The notes: generated from the sequence alone by a model not told the origin. A stretch of DNA of 64,000 nucleotides from an uncultured Acidobacteriota bacterium (GCA_963844845.1 CAWJPW010000008.1:192257-256256); one strand, 5' to 3'. Positions 36,609 to 46,844 are shown, numbered from the stretch's first letter. Translations and numbers: made by a program.

Positions 36609-38369
36609 TCACCGGTACATCTCCTCGATCAGCTCGCGGTAGCGCTCCTCGATGACGCGACGTCGGGGCTTGAGCGTCACGGTGAGCTCGCCGCCCTCGG
36701 GGGTGAAGTCCGGCTCGACGACGGAAAACCGCTTGACCTGCTCGAATCGGGCCAGCTCCTGGTTGACGGCATCGACCTCCGCCTCCACCAGCCGCCGCAG
36801 CTCAGGGTCGTCAGACCGCGCCTGCTCCAGCTCCGGGTGGACAGCCTCCAGCGCTATCCGGTCGACGGTGAGGAGTGCCACGAGGTAGCGGCGGCGGTCA
36901 CCGTGGACCACGCAGTTGGAGACCAACGGGCGGCGCCGCAGCAGGCTCTCCAGCTTCTGCGGCGCGACGTTCTTGCCGCCGGCGGTGATGATGAGCTCCT
37001 TCTTGCGGTCGGTGATGTAGTAGTAGCCGTCATCGTCCCGCCGGCCGATGTCACCGGTGCGGTAGAAGCCATCGGCAGTGAATGCCTCGGCGGTCTCCTC
37101 GGGGCTGTCAAGGTAGCCGGAGAACACCATGGGCCCGCGCACCTCCAGCTCGCCGTCGGCGGCGATGCGCACCTCGGCGCCGGGCAGGGGCCGGCCCACC
37201 GAGCCCAGCCGGTAGGCCGGCGGCGAGTTCCAGGTGACGGGGGCGCAGGTCTCGGTGGCTCCCCAGCCCTCGCACACCAGCAGACCGGCGCCGTGGAAAA
37301 AGCGCGCCACCTCGGGGTCGAGCGGCGCTCCGCCCGAGACAAAGAAGCGCAGGCGACCGCCCACCGCGGCGCGCAGGCGACGCAGCACCAGGAGGTCGGC
37401 GAGGCGGTGGCGCAGCGCCAGGGCCGGGCCCGGCGGGAGACCGCGCTCACGCCGGCAGCTGACCTTTGCGGCCACCGCCGCGGCCCATTCAACGAGGGCC
37501 CGGGCCGGCCGGCCGCGGGCCGCCGCCTGCGCCAGGACGCGGGCGTGGATCTTCTCGAACACCCGCGGCACGGCGACTGCGAAGCTCGGCCTGACGGTGC
37601 GGAGGTCCTCGGCCACCGTCTCCAGGCTGCGGGCGTAGGCGATGGTGCGGCCGAGGTAAAGGGGAAGGAAGTGGCCGGCGACCCGCTCGAGGGCGTGGGC
37701 GAGGGGCAGGAAGCTGAGGTTGACCTCGAGGTCCGAGAGGTCGCCGGCCATCTCGAGGATCGCCTCGATCACCGCCAGAAGGTTGCCGTGGGTGAGCACG
37801 ACACCCTTGGGCCGGCCGGTGGTCCCCGAGGTGTAGACCACGGCGAACGGGGTGTCCCGCTCGGCGGCGAGACCGTGCGCCACCGCCTGGCCGCGGGCCG
37901 CCGCGTCGGCTGACTCCTCGAGCACAGCCAGGGTGACACAGGGATCGGCGGGCGCCGGGCCGTCGAGGACCACGAGGTGCTCCAGCGCCGGCAGACGCCC
38001 ACGCAGCGCCAGCACCTTCTCGGCGAGCGCCTCGTTCTCGGCGAAGACGACCCGACAGCGGCTATGACCGAGGATGAAGGCGGTCTCGTCCGGAGGCAGG
38101 GTGGCGTACACCGACACCACCATCGCTCCTGCCGCGAGGCTACCGAGGTCGGCGAGAGCCCACTCGGGCCGGTTCTCGGAGACGATGGCGACGCGGTCGC
38201 CGCCGCCGACCCCGAGCCCGGCGAGGCCCCCGGCCACCGCCCGCACTCGCTCGCGGACGACCGCCCACGGGAGCTCCTGCCACGACCCGCCCCGGAAGAA
38301 GCGAAGACACGCCCGGTGCGGATGGCGCGCCGCGTTGTCGAGGACGACCTGCGTGATGTTCCGGTACAT
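36609..38369 (-). CDS. Long-chain fatty acid--CoA ligase (AMP-forming)
   Basis: ORF 36609..38468 trimmed to ATG 38369 (MYRNITQVVLDNAARHP). Motifs: VYTSGTTGRPKGV, GWGATE, YRTGDIGRRDDDGYYYITDRKKELI. Confidence 0.9.
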   Translation of the reverse strand: MYRNITQVVLDNAARHPHRACLRFFRGGSWQELPWAVVRERVRAVAGGLAGLGVGGGDRVAIVSENRPEWALADLGSLAAGAMVVSVYATLPPDETAFILGHSRCRVVFAENEALAEKVLALRGRLPALEHLVVLDGPAPADPCVTLAVLEESADAAARGQAVAHGLAAERDTPFAVVYTSGTTGRPKGVVLTHGNLLAVIEAILEMAGDLSDLEVNLSFLPLAHALERVAGHFLPLYLGRTIAYARSLETVAEDLRTVRPSFAVAVPRVFEKIHARVLAQAAARGRPARALVEWAAAVAAKVSCRRERGLPPGPALALRHRLADLLVLRRLRAAVGGRLRFFVSGGAPLDPEVARFFHGAGLLVCEGWGATETCAPVTWNSPPAYRLGSVGRPLPGAEVRIAADGELEVRGPMVFSGYLDSPEETAEAFTADGFYRTGDIGRRDDDGYYYITDRKKELIITAGGKNVAPQKLESLLRRRPLVSNCVVHGDRRRYLVALLTVDRIALEAVHPELEQARSDDPELRRLVEAEVDAVNQELARFEQVKRFSVVEPDFTPEGGELTVTLKPRRRVIEERYRELIEEMYR

Positions 38370-38387
38370 TCCCCTTCCCGACCCCCA

Positions 38388-38416
38388 GATTCGAAGATTC
38401 AAGGATTCAAAGATGA
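38388..38416 (-). promoter_or_regulatory. AT-rich triple motif (ATCTTTGAATC CTTGAATC TTCGAATC on the minus strand), 18 nt upstream of the fatty-acid CoA ligase start
   Basis: Plus strand GATTCGAAGATTCAAGGATTCAAAGATGA. Complementary to the motif pair at 38559-38597. Confidence 0.5.
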
Positions 38417-38558
38417 CCCCACCCACCCCGTCCGCACCCGACACGACGTTGCAGGAGGAGAGTGTCAAGACCTTGGAGGAGCTCTGGCGCGCATCTTCGT
38501 ACCGGAGCCTCCCACCACAACCCGCTTCCTCTGGATCTGCGGCATCATTGTACGGCCT

Positions 38559-38597
38559 TAATCTTTGAATCTTTATATCTTACCATCTTTGAATCAC
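38559..38597 (-). promoter_or_regulatory. Two direct GATTCAAAGAT 11-mers flanking a TATAAA box (minus strand)
   Basis: Minus strand reads GTGATTCAAAGAT-GGTAAGATATAAA-GATTCAAAGAT-TAAGG. GC is far below the window average. Confidence 0.5.
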
Positions 38598-38606
38598 GGC
38601 ATTCGG

Positions 38607-40736
38607 TCACCGGTAGAACCTCTCGCCCTTCCTGGCGGCGTCGGCCAGGACCGGCGCCGGCCGGAAGCGCTCGCCGAGCCGATCCGCCAGCTCCTCCAAA
38701 CGGGCCACCACGACCGCCGCTCCCACTGCGTCCACGTGGTGAAACGGGCCCCCGCGGAAGGGCGGGAAACCGAGGCCGAGAACCGCGCCGGCATCGCCGT
38801 CGCGGGGCGAAGCGATCACCCCCTCGCCCAGGCAGTGGGCCGCCTCGTTGACCTGGAGCAGGGCCACCCGATCGCGCATCTCGGCGGCATCCACCTCGCG
38901 CCGCTCGGCGCCGCCCAGCAGCTCGTAGACGTCCGGGTTGGGCTGCTTCTTTCCCTTCTTCGGATAGCGGTAGAAGCCGTGCCGGTTCTTGCGCCCGGCG
39001 TAGCCGGCCTCGGCCAAACGCGGGAGCGCGTCGGAGGCGCCGAGACCGCGGTGGGCGAAGGCCTTGCCGAGATCCCTGGCGACATGAGCACCGACGTCGA
39101 TACCCACCTCGTCCACCAGGGCCACCGGACCCACCGGGTAGCCGAAGTCCTTGAGCGCCCGGTCCACCGCCTCGATGCGCGCACCCTCCTCGAGCAGCAG
39201 CATCGCCTCGTTGAGGGCCGGCGCGAGAATCCGGGTGGTGTAGAAGCCGGGGCCGTCCCTGACGACGATGACCGCCTTGCCCTGGGCCGCGCCGAAGGCG
39301 TGGGCGGTGGCCAGCGCCCAGGGGGCGGTGGCTTCGGCCGCGACGATCTCCAGCAACGGCATCTTGGGCACCGGCGAGAAGTAGTGCATCCCCAGCACCC
39401 GCTCGGGATGGCGCGCCTGTGCGGCGATCTCGTGGATGGGCAGCGCCGAGGTGTTGGTGGCGAACACCGCGTCGGCGGCGATCACCGCTTCGGTCTCGGC
39501 GAGGACCCGACGCTTGAGCTCGAGATCCTCGAACACCGCCTCCACCACCAGGTCGCAGCCGGCGAGGTCGGCCACATCCAGGGTGGGGTGGAGTCGGGAC
39601 CGGCGCACGTCGCGGTCGGAGCCGTAGATCGCGCCGGAACGCGCCTGCCTGGCCAGGCCCTGCTCCACCGTGCGCACCGCCCCTCCCAGCGACCTCTCGT
39701 CGATGTCGCGCACCACCACCGGGCAGCGCCCCAGCGACACCGACGCGATACCGGCGCCCATGAAGCCCGCGCCCAGCACGCCCAGGCGACGCACCGGCCG
39801 GCCCCCCTCGGGGGCCTTCTTGAGCTCGTTCATGGCATGGAAGAGCCCCACCAGCGAGCGGCTCTCGGAGCTCATCACCAGCTCGCCGAAGTGGCGCGCC
39901 TCGCACTCGAGGCCGCGGTCGAGCCCACCGGCGAGACCGGCTTCGACGCACTCGAGGATGGCCGGGGGCGCCGGGTAGAGGCCACGGGTGCGGCCCGCCA
40001 CCCGCTCGCGCGCCTTCTTCAGCACCATTCTCCGCACCGGCCCGAAGCCGGCCAGGCGGTCCACCAGTGAGCGCTCTGCGCGGCGCGGCTTCAAGCTGCC
40101 GTCGAGCAGCCGCCGCGCCACCCGCACTCCGGACTCGGCGATGCCGCCGGGGGTTGTCACCGCGTCCACCAGACCCATGCGCAGGGCCTTTCGAGCCCGC
40201 ACCCGCTTGCCGGTGAGCATCAGCTCCAACGCCTGGGTGAGCCCCACCCGGCTGGGCAGACGCTGGGTGCCCCCCCCGGCAGGGAGAAGGCCGAGCTGGA
40301 CCTCGGGCAGCCCGAGCACCGTGGCGGGGTCGTTCGCTGCGAGAATGAAGTGGCAGGCCATCGCCACCTCGAAGCCACCGCCGAGGGCGGCGCCGTGCAC
40401 CGCCGCCACCACCGGCTTGGGCGACTCGGCGAGACGCCGGAGCATGGCGTTGCCCTCGCGGGAGAGCCGTGCCGGCTGCTCTGCGCTGGTCATGCCGGCG
40501 AGCACGTCGAGGTCGGCACCGGCGATGAAGGTGTCGGGCTTGGCCGACACCAGCACCAACGCCCGCACCCGGTCGTCGTCGAGGAGGCGGGCGGCGGTGG
40601 CGTCGAACTCCTCCAGCAGCTCGGGCGACAGGGTGTTGACCTTCTTGCCCGGGCAGTCCAGCGTCACCACCGCGATCCCGCCCTCCTCCATGGTGATCCG
40701 CACCGCGTCCATTGCGCCCTCCCCGCGCCCGCTCAC
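38607..40736 (-). CDS. fadJ: Fatty-acid oxidation complex alpha subunit (enoyl-CoA hydratase / 3-hydroxyacyl-CoA dehydrogenase)
   Basis: 709 aa. Crotonase part: AAVHGAALGGGFEVAMAC. NAD-binding: LGVLGAGFMGAGIA. Follows the thiolase gene with a 4-nt overlap (fadI-fadJ order). Confidence 0.9.
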   Translation of the reverse strand: MSGRGEGAMDAVRITMEEGGIAVVTLDCPGKKVNTLSPELLEEFDATAARLLDDDRVRALVLVSAKPDTFIAGADLDVLAGMTSAEQPARLSREGNAMLRRLAESPKPVVAAVHGAALGGGFEVAMACHFILAANDPATVLGLPEVQLGLLPAGGGTQRLPSRVGLTQALELMLTGKRVRARKALRMGLVDAVTTPGGIAESGVRVARRLLDGSLKPRRAERSLVDRLAGFGPVRRMVLKKARERVAGRTRGLYPAPPAILECVEAGLAGGLDRGLECEARHFGELVMSSESRSLVGLFHAMNELKKAPEGGRPVRRLGVLGAGFMGAGIASVSLGRCPVVVRDIDERSLGGAVRTVEQGLARQARSGAIYGSDRDVRRSRLHPTLDVADLAGCDLVVEAVFEDLELKRRVLAETEAVIAADAVFATNTSALPIHEIAAQARHPERVLGMHYFSPVPKMPLLEIVAAEATAPWALATAHAFGAAQGKAVIVVRDGPGFYTTRILAPALNEAMLLLEEGARIEAVDRALKDFGYPVGPVALVDEVGIDVGAHVARDLGKAFAHRGLGASDALPRLAEAGYAGRKNRHGFYRYPKKGKKQPNPDVYELLGGAERREVDAAEMRDRVALLQVNEAAHCLGEGVIASPRDGDAGAVLGLGFPPFRGGPFHHVDAVGAAVVVARLEELADRLGERFRPAPVLADAARKGERFYR

Positions 40737-42031
40737 GGGCGCTCCAGCACGAGGCCGATGCCGAGGCCGCCGGCGGCACAGGCCGCCACGACGCCCCAGC
40801 GGGCCCCCTCGTGCTGCATCCGGTGGCTGCAGGTGATGACCAGGCGGGCGCCGGTGGCGCCGAAGGGATGCCCCACCGAGAGCGACCCGCCCCAGGCGTT
40901 GAGGCGCTCCCGGTCCACCCGCCCCACCGGCCGCTCACGGCCCAGCCGCTCGCGGCAGAAGGCCTCGTCCTCCAGCAGCTTGAGCACCGCCAGGACCTGC
41001 CCCGCGAAGGCCTCGTGCAGCTCGATGACGCCGACGTCGTCGAGCTCGAGGCCGGCAGCGGCGAGGGCGCGGGGAAGGGTGAGGGCGGGGCCGACCAGGA
41101 GCTCCTCGCGGGGCGGCTGCGCCGAGATGGCCGCCGTTCTGAGAGCTGCCAGGGGCTCGTATCCCAGCCGCGCCGCAGCCTCCTCGCTCATGAGGAGCAG
41201 GGCGCTGCCGCCATCGGTGAGGAACGAGCTGTTGCCGGCGGTGACGGTGCCGAGCCTGCGGTCGAAGGCCGGTCTGAGCGCGGCGAGCTTGTCGAGAGTG
41301 CTGTCGCCGCGGATGCCGTTGTCCTCGGCCATCCGGTGCGGCCCCGGCGCCACGAAGACCGGCTCGATCTGACGCGCCAGCAGCCCGGCCGTCGTGGCTT
41401 CGGCGGCGCGACGGTGAGAGGAAAGAGCGTACTCGTCCTGAGCCTCACGGGCGATACCGAGGCGCTTGGTGAGGCGCTCGGCGTTCTCGCCCATCGCCTC
41501 GCCGGTGGAGAACTCGGCGATGGCCATGGCCTCGGGCAGCAGGTCACGTGCCTTGAGCCCGCGCAGGAGCTTGAGGTAGCCGGCGACTCCCTTGGCCTTC
41601 TGCGCCGCCATCAGGCGCTTGCGCACCGGCCGGCGGAAGCGGATGGGGACATCGGAGAGGGTCTCGGCCCCGGCCGCGATGGCCACGTCCGCCATGCCGG
41701 AGGCGATGGCGCGGCCGCAGTCCAGGGTGGCCTGCAGCGAGGAGACGCAGGCCATGGTCACGGTCCACGCCGGGCAGCTCGCCGGCAGGCCCGCCCCGAG
41801 AGCGACCTCGCGGCCGAGGTTCGAGGTCTGGGGATCGGCGATCACCCGGCCCATCACCAGCAACCCGACCTCTCCCGGGTCGATGCGGCTGCGGTGGAGA
41901 AGGCCTGCCACCGCCATGCGCCCGAGGTCGTAGTCGCTGAGGTCGATGAGCTCGGTGCCCGAGCGGCAGAACGGCGTGCGGCAGCCGTCCACCACCAGCA
42001 CGGGCCGACGAAAGGTCTCGGTGCCTGGCAT
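40733..42031 (-). CDS. fadI: Acetyl-CoA C-acyltransferase (3-ketoacyl-CoA thiolase)
   Basis: ORF 40733..42175 (TTG start) trimmed to ATG 42031 (MPGTETFRRPVLVVDGCRTPF). Motifs: TVTMACVSSLQA (active Cys), NAWGGSLSVGHPFGATG, ACAAGGLG. Confidence 0.9.
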   Translation of the reverse strand: MPGTETFRRPVLVVDGCRTPFCRSGTELIDLSDYDLGRMAVAGLLHRSRIDPGEVGLLVMGRVIADPQTSNLGREVALGAGLPASCPAWTVTMACVSSLQATLDCGRAIASGMADVAIAAGAETLSDVPIRFRRPVRKRLMAAQKAKGVAGYLKLLRGLKARDLLPEAMAIAEFSTGEAMGENAERLTKRLGIAREAQDEYALSSHRRAAEATTAGLLARQIEPVFVAPGPHRMAEDNGIRGDSTLDKLAALRPAFDRRLGTVTAGNSSFLTDGGSALLLMSEEAAARLGYEPLAALRTAAISAQPPREELLVGPALTLPRALAAAGLELDDVGVIELHEAFAGQVLAVLKLLEDEAFCRERLGRERPVGRVDRERLNAWGGSLSVGHPFGATGARLVITCSHRMQHEGARWGVVAACAAGGLGIGLVLERP

Positions 42032-42231
42032 GGCCTGGGTCCTCCCCTCCGGATACTCGACGATCGCCCGACGCCCACGCGGACGCCGACGACGAGGCCT
42101 CAGGATCATCTGGTCATACAAGAAGACGTAACACCTGTCGATGCTCATGTCAAGCAAAACGACTCCTTGATTCAATAATTTATCCCGTGATCACTTGGCC
42201 GAAAGTGGTCGTTCCTGGTACCCTCTTGGAG

Positions 42232-42996
42232 ATGAAGTCAGACCAGTTTTTCGGCATTCCGCCGGTGGCCCCGCGCGGCACCATGGCGCAGCGGGTGGCG
42301 GAGCACCTCGCCCGCCTCATCGCCGACGGCACCCTGGCGCCGGGCGACCGGCTGCCGGGAGAACCCGAGCTGGCTCGGCGCCTGGGGGTGAGCCGCCCCA
42401 CCCTGCGCGAGGCCCTGGGCATGCTGCACGCGCGCCGCCTGGTGGAGGTCCGGCCCCGCTCGGGCACGTTCGTGGCCAGCGCGCTCCCCGCCGAGGCGGT
42501 GGGCGCGGTCCTCGAGCTGGTCACCGTCGATCCCACCAAGATCTGGGAGCTCCTGGAGATCCGTCGCTTGGTGGACGGCGAGGTCGCGGCTCTTGCGGCC
42601 CGGCGTCGCACGCCGTCCGACCTCGCCCGCCTGGAGGAGCTGGCCACCTCGGTGGCCTCCTTCGCCGGCGACGCCCTGGTACGCCGCGAGGAAGGCGGCC
42701 GTGCCTACGCACGGTTCTTCGCCCACCTCGCTCGGGCCACCCACAACACACTCCTCGCCCACCTGGTGGAGTCCGTGTTCCGGACGCTGCGGAGCGCTCT
42801 CCCCTACAGCCGCGCACGCCTCGCCTCCCAGGCTTCCGCCGGCGACACCATCCGTACCCAGCTACTGATGATCATGGAGGCAGTGGCCGCCGGGGACCCC
42901 GATGCCGCCCGTGCGTGCACCGTGACGCACCTGGACTTCGTCGAGCGGGCCCTGCGCGGGCTCGGCAATCCGCACCGGCCCGAGGGCGTATCATGA
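42232..42996 (+). CDS. GntR-family (FadR/FCD subfamily) transcriptional regulator
   Basis: Trimmed to ATG 42232. HTH: LAPGDRLPGEPELARRLGVSRPTLREALGMLHARRLVEVRPRSGTFV. All-helical C-terminal domain. Divergent from the fad operon. Confidence 0.85.
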   Translation: MKSDQFFGIPPVAPRGTMAQRVAEHLARLIADGTLAPGDRLPGEPELARRLGVSRPTLREALGMLHARRLVEVRPRSGTFVASALPAEAVGAVLELVTVDPTKIWELLEIRRLVDGEVAALAARRRTPSDLARLEELATSVASFAGDALVRREEGGRAYARFFAHLARATHNTLLAHLVESVFRTLRSALPYSRARLASQASAGDTIRTQLLMIMEAVAAGDPDAARACTVTHLDFVERALRGLGNPHRPEGVS

Positions 42997-43025
42997 GACC
43001 ACCTTGACGAGTCGACGGAACTCCC

Positions 43026-45830
43026 ATGGGTGAGCGGGACGACGGGAACCGAAGCTCTGCCGGCACTCAGGACGACACCACCCGCTCGTGGCCGGGTGAG
43101 TCTGCGCCCGCTCCGGCGCCGGCGCCGGCCCCGGGGGTCCTTCTGGGCGGCCGCTTCATGCTGCTCAGCGAACTGGGCCGAGGCGGCAGCGGCCGCGTGT
43201 TCGCCGCCACCGACACCTCGGTGGGCCAGAAGGTGGCGCTCAAGGTCTTCCACGCCGAGGTTGTCGACGAGCGCGCCCGTGAGCGGCTGCGCCGGGAGGT
43301 GCGTGCCGCCCGTCCCGGCCATCCCAACGCGGTCACCATGTTCGAGCTCCACGACGTCGCCGGCCGGCCGGTCCTCAGCATGGAGCTGGTGGAGGGCAAA
43401 AGCCTGCGCGAGCTGCTGACCGAGCACGAGCGTCTCTCCGTCCCCGAGACGATCGCGCTCATCGGCCAGGTGGCCGCCGCCCTCGCGCACTTCCACGAGC
43501 GGGGGCTGGTGCACCGTGACGTCAAACCCGGCAACATCCTCGTCACGTCGGACGGCACTGCCAAGCTCTGCGACATGGGGCTCATGCGCCCGCTCGAGCA
43601 CGGCCTCACCGTGACCTTTGCCGACACGGTGGTCGGCACCCCCGCCTACATGGCTCCGGAGCAGGCGAGCGGCAGTGAGCTGGGCACCGCAGCCGACGTG
43701 TACGCCCTCGGGCTCACCCTCTTCCAGTGCCTCACCGGCGACATCCCGCTGGTGGAGAGCACCGCGGTGGCGACCGTCGTCCGCCGCCAGCACGAGCGGG
43801 CCCCATGGGTGCGGCGCGAGTGCCCGTGGTGCCCGCCGTGGCTGTGCCGCCTGGTACACCAGATGCTCGACCGCGACCCGGCCCGTCGTCCCAGCGCCGC
43901 CGAGGTGACCGCAGCCCTCGCCAGCGGCAACGTCCGCCGGCGCATCCGCTGGGGATGGGTCGCGGCGACGGGGGCCCTGGTGCTGGCCGGCGGGGCCGCG
44001 GTCGTCGGCATGCAGGCCCTCGAGGTGGGCCGGGCGGTACGCATGGAGGTCGTCGACTCCGGCATCCGAGGCGTGGACGCCCACGGCGCCACCGCCTGGC
44101 AGGTGGAGCTGCCGGCCGCGCCCAGCCAGGTGCTCCAGGTTGACCTCACCGGCGACGGCGAGCCCGAGCTGGTGGCCGCCGTCGACCTGGTCGACCGCTC
44201 CGACGAGCGCTCCTCACCGCCGCCCGCCTCGGAGATCGTGGCAGTGACCCGCAGCGGTCGGGTCGTCACCCGCGCCCAACCTCGATCTCTCGTGGGCAGG
44301 TGGGCCTACCCCTACCCCGTGCACCTCGTACCGCAGCTCAAGGCCATAGACCTCGACGGCGATGGCCGTCCGGAGCTGGTGGCGGTGTGCCGGCAGGCCA
44401 ACTTCTACCCCACCGCGGTTCTCGTCTACTGGCCGCGCTGGGACCACTGGGAGGATCTGCTGCACCACTCGGGATACGTCATCGACGTGACCACGGTGGC
44501 GAGCTCGCCGCCCACGATACGTCTGGTGGCGTTCAACAACCGTCTGGGCATGGCCACGGTGGTGGGCGAAGTGGAGATCACTCCGCCGGGCGAGCGCGCG
44601 GCGACCCTTGAGGTGACCCCTCTGTGGTCCCCGGAGACCGGAGTCAAGTCGTCGTTGCTGGCGCGCTGGCGGCTCTACGTCCCCGTCGGTGAGGGGCGCC
44701 TTGCCAGGCCGGTTCACATCGACGTCACACCCGACGGCGGCACGCTGGTGACCACGGGGGCCGGCACCCTCCGGCTGGACGCCCACGGCAACCCCTGGGA
44801 GAGCCCCAACCGGGGCCGCGACCTGCGCGAGCTGCGCATGTGGTTCGTCGACCGGATCGCCGAGCTCAGCAGCGGCTACGGGCTGCCCGCCGCCGAATCG
44901 GTGGAGGCTTTCCAGAACCGCGTAAAGGAGCAGGCTGCCCCGCTTCTCGTCGAGGACCCCTACGCCGCGATCCTCGCCGTGAAGACCGCACGGCGGCTTG
45001 CGCAGGTGGGTGCCCTCGGCCGCGGCATGGCGCTCCTCGAGGCTGCGCGCCCGGGTGTCCGGAGCTTCGACGAGGTACGCTACCGACTCATCCACCTGGA
45101 GGCCCTCGACCGCCGCCTCGACGCCGCCCTCGGGACTGCCGAGGACCTCTTCCGCACCGGGGTGACCTCACGTGCCGACTTCGATACGTCGGTGCTCGCC
45201 ATGCGGATCGCCATCGAGGCCAGGGACGCTGCGGACGTCGCCCTGGCCATCTCCCGCATCGTCAACCAGCAGGCCACCAGGCTCCCCTATCCCGGCATGG
45301 AGACCGCCCTCTGGGCCCGCGCCCACCTGTGGTGGGACGAGGCGACCGAGCTCGACACGCGCGTGCAGTCGTGGCCGTTGGCCCCGGCAGGAGTGGCGGT
45401 GGCGTGCCTGGCGCGGTGGCGGCTCGGGCGGACCGCAGCCGAGGACCTCGGCCTCATGTCACGCGCGGTCGCCAACGATCTTGACGCGGAAACCGAGATC
45501 GCGCTCGCCGCGGCCGCCGTGGAGCTCGCGCTGGACCGCCCCCGCGACGCACTCGCTCGTCTCGAGGCCGTCTCCGCCGCTCTCGAACCCCTCGCCCGCG
45601 ACAACTTCGAGCAGCACCAGCTCATGGACCTCTGCCACGCCCTCCACGTCCGCGCCCTCGCCGCCGCCGGCGAGCGGCGCCACGCCCAGGTCGAGGGCAC
45701 ACGGCTGCTGAGAACGCTGACGCCCGGGCTGCTCCCCGCTCACCTTGTCGAGGAGATGCTCTCGCGGAGCCGCGATCTGCTGGCGGACGACGCCGGCACC
45801 GGCCCACCCGCCGTGATCCCGGCTTCCTGA
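43026..45830 (+). CDS. Ser/Thr protein kinase with TM segment, FG-GAP-like and helical-repeat extracytoplasmic region
   Basis: 934 aa. Kinase motifs: [38 protein letters not shown]: [18 protein letters not shown]. Later [16 protein letters not shown] and [14 protein letters not shown]. Confidence 0.85.
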   Translation: MGERDDGNRSSAGTQDDTTRSWPGESAPAPAPAPAPGVLLGGRFMLLSELGRGGSGRVFAATDTSVGQKVALKVFHAEVVDERARERLRREVRAARPGHPNAVTMFELHDVAGRPVLSMELVEGKSLRELLTEHERLSVPETIALIGQVAAALAHFHERGLVHRDVKPGNILVTSDGTAKLCDMGLMRPLEHGLTVTFADTVVGTPAYMAPEQASGSELGTAADVYALGLTLFQCLTGDIPLVESTAVATVVRRQHERAPWVRRECPWCPPWLCRLVHQMLDRDPARRPSAAEVTAALASGNVRRRIRWGWVAATGALVLAGGAAVVGMQALEVGRAVRMEVVDSGIRGVDAHGATAWQVELPAAPSQVLQVDLTGDGEPELVAAVDLVDRSDERSSPPPASEIVAVTRSGRVVTRAQPRSLVGRWAYPYPVHLVPQLKAIDLDGDGRPELVAVCRQANFYPTAVLVYWPRWDHWEDLLHHSGYVIDVTTVASSPPTIRLVAFNNRLGMATVVGEVEITPPGERAATLEVTPLWSPETGVKSSLLARWRLYVPVGEGRLARPVHIDVTPDGGTLVTTGAGTLRLDAHGNPWESPNRGRDLRELRMWFVDRIAELSSGYGLPAAESVEAFQNRVKEQAAPLLVEDPYAAILAVKTARRLAQVGALGRGMALLEAARPGVRSFDEVRYRLIHLEALDRRLDAALGTAEDLFRTGVTSRADFDTSVLAMRIAIEARDAADVALAISRIVNQQATRLPYPGMETALWARAHLWWDEATELDTRVQSWPLAPAGVAVACLARWRLGRTAAEDLGLMSRAVANDLDAETEIALAAAAVELALDRPRDALARLEAVSAALEPLARDNFEQHQLMDLCHALHVRALAAAGERRHAQVEGTRLLRTLTPGLLPAHLVEEMLSRSRDLLADDAGTGPPAVIPAS

Positions 45831-45876
45831 ACCGCGGCCAGGCCGCGGCCACCACACCGGGCGGTATAGTGGAGCC

Positions 45877-46287
45877 ATGGCACCTCAGGAACCACAGGTG
45901 GCTGACGAAGCGGCCGAGCGGGCCCGACGCGCCGCCGCGGCGGTCGGGGTACCCGCCGCGCGCCGGCACGTCCTGCTGTGCTGCGACCAGAGCGTACCGA
46001 AGTGCTGCGAGCGGGAGCGCTCACTGGCGTCGTGGTCGTACCTCAAGGCGCGCCTCCGCGAGCTCGGCCTCTCCGAGACGGGCGGCGTCCTGCGCACCAA
46101 GGTCAACTGCCTGCGGGTCTGCACGGACGGCCCCATCGCCGTGGTCTACCCCGAGGGCGCCTGGTACCACTCGTGCACCCCGGTGGTGCTCGAGCGGATC
46201 ATCCAGGAGCACCTGGTCGGCGGCGAGATCGTGGAGGAGTACTGCTTCGCGGTGCGGCCGCTGGAGCCCGCCCATCCCAACCGGTGA
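45877..46287 (+). CDS. Thioredoxin-like [2Fe-2S] ferredoxin-domain protein
   Basis: 136 aa. Cys clusters [14 protein letters not shown] and [21 protein letters not shown]. Confidence 0.7.
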   Translation: MAPQEPQVADEAAERARRAAAAVGVPAARRHVLLCCDQSVPKCCERERSLASWSYLKARLRELGLSETGGVLRTKVNCLRVCTDGPIAVVYPEGAWYHSCTPVVLERIIQEHLVGGEIVEEYCFAVRPLEPAHPNR

Positions 46288-46390
46288 TGAGGTTCCCCCT
46301 CCCGCCCATCCACAACCAGCATTCGTGGCCTGGCGACACCCCCACGGTTATTAGGACAGGCTGCAGCAGCGAGTAGGACGAGACCTCGAC

Positions 46391-46575
46391 GATTCCCAAG
46401 TCCGAGCAGCTCGTCGAGCTTCGTCGCGAGACCGCGGAGGTGCCTGTCAGCGTGGTGATCCGAACAAGGCGGACCCAGAGGCGCAGCAGCGCTCCGTCGA
46501 GGACTCCGCCGCCGGGAGGAGCGCCGCGATGGCAGGTGCATCCGCGGGCGCAGGAGATGCTCGGCGAGGTGCCCG
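46391..46575 (+). repeat. Repeat family 2, copy A (about 175-nt structured element)
   Basis: Aligns with 56205-56392, 63594-63735 and 63826-64000. Shared core: CTTCGTCGCGAGACCGCGGAGG...GGTGATyCGAmCAAGG...GCCGCCGGGAGrAGCGCC. Confidence 0.8.
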
Positions 46576-46577
46576 GG

Positions 46578-46844
46578 CTACGCCACCGCCCAGATGAGGC
46601 CGCCGATCACCGCCAGGGGGATGAGCAGGATGAGCCCCACGACCAGGGCGATCGGGCCGAGGACGGCCAGCAGCACTCCGCCCACCACCAGCAGGAACAG
46701 CCCTTTGAGCAGAACCAGGCCGAGCCACAGCGGGAGCAGCGCCAGCTTGAAGATGAGCTTGAGCAGCGTCCCCAGCAGAACCACCACCCCCACCACGAGG
46801 CCGATGGCCATGAGCACCGCGAAGATCCCGAAAAGCTCGAACAT
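46578..46844 (-). CDS. Small hydrophobic membrane protein (about 88 aa, 3 TM)
   Basis: ORF 46578..46892 trimmed to ATG 46844, preceded by GGAGG. MFELFGIFAVLMAIGLVVGVVVLLG... Confidence 0.6.
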   Translation of the reverse strand: MFELFGIFAVLMAIGLVVGVVVLLGTLLKLIFKLALLPLWLGLVLLKGLFLLVVGGVLLAVLGPIALVVGLILLIPLAVIGGLIWAVA

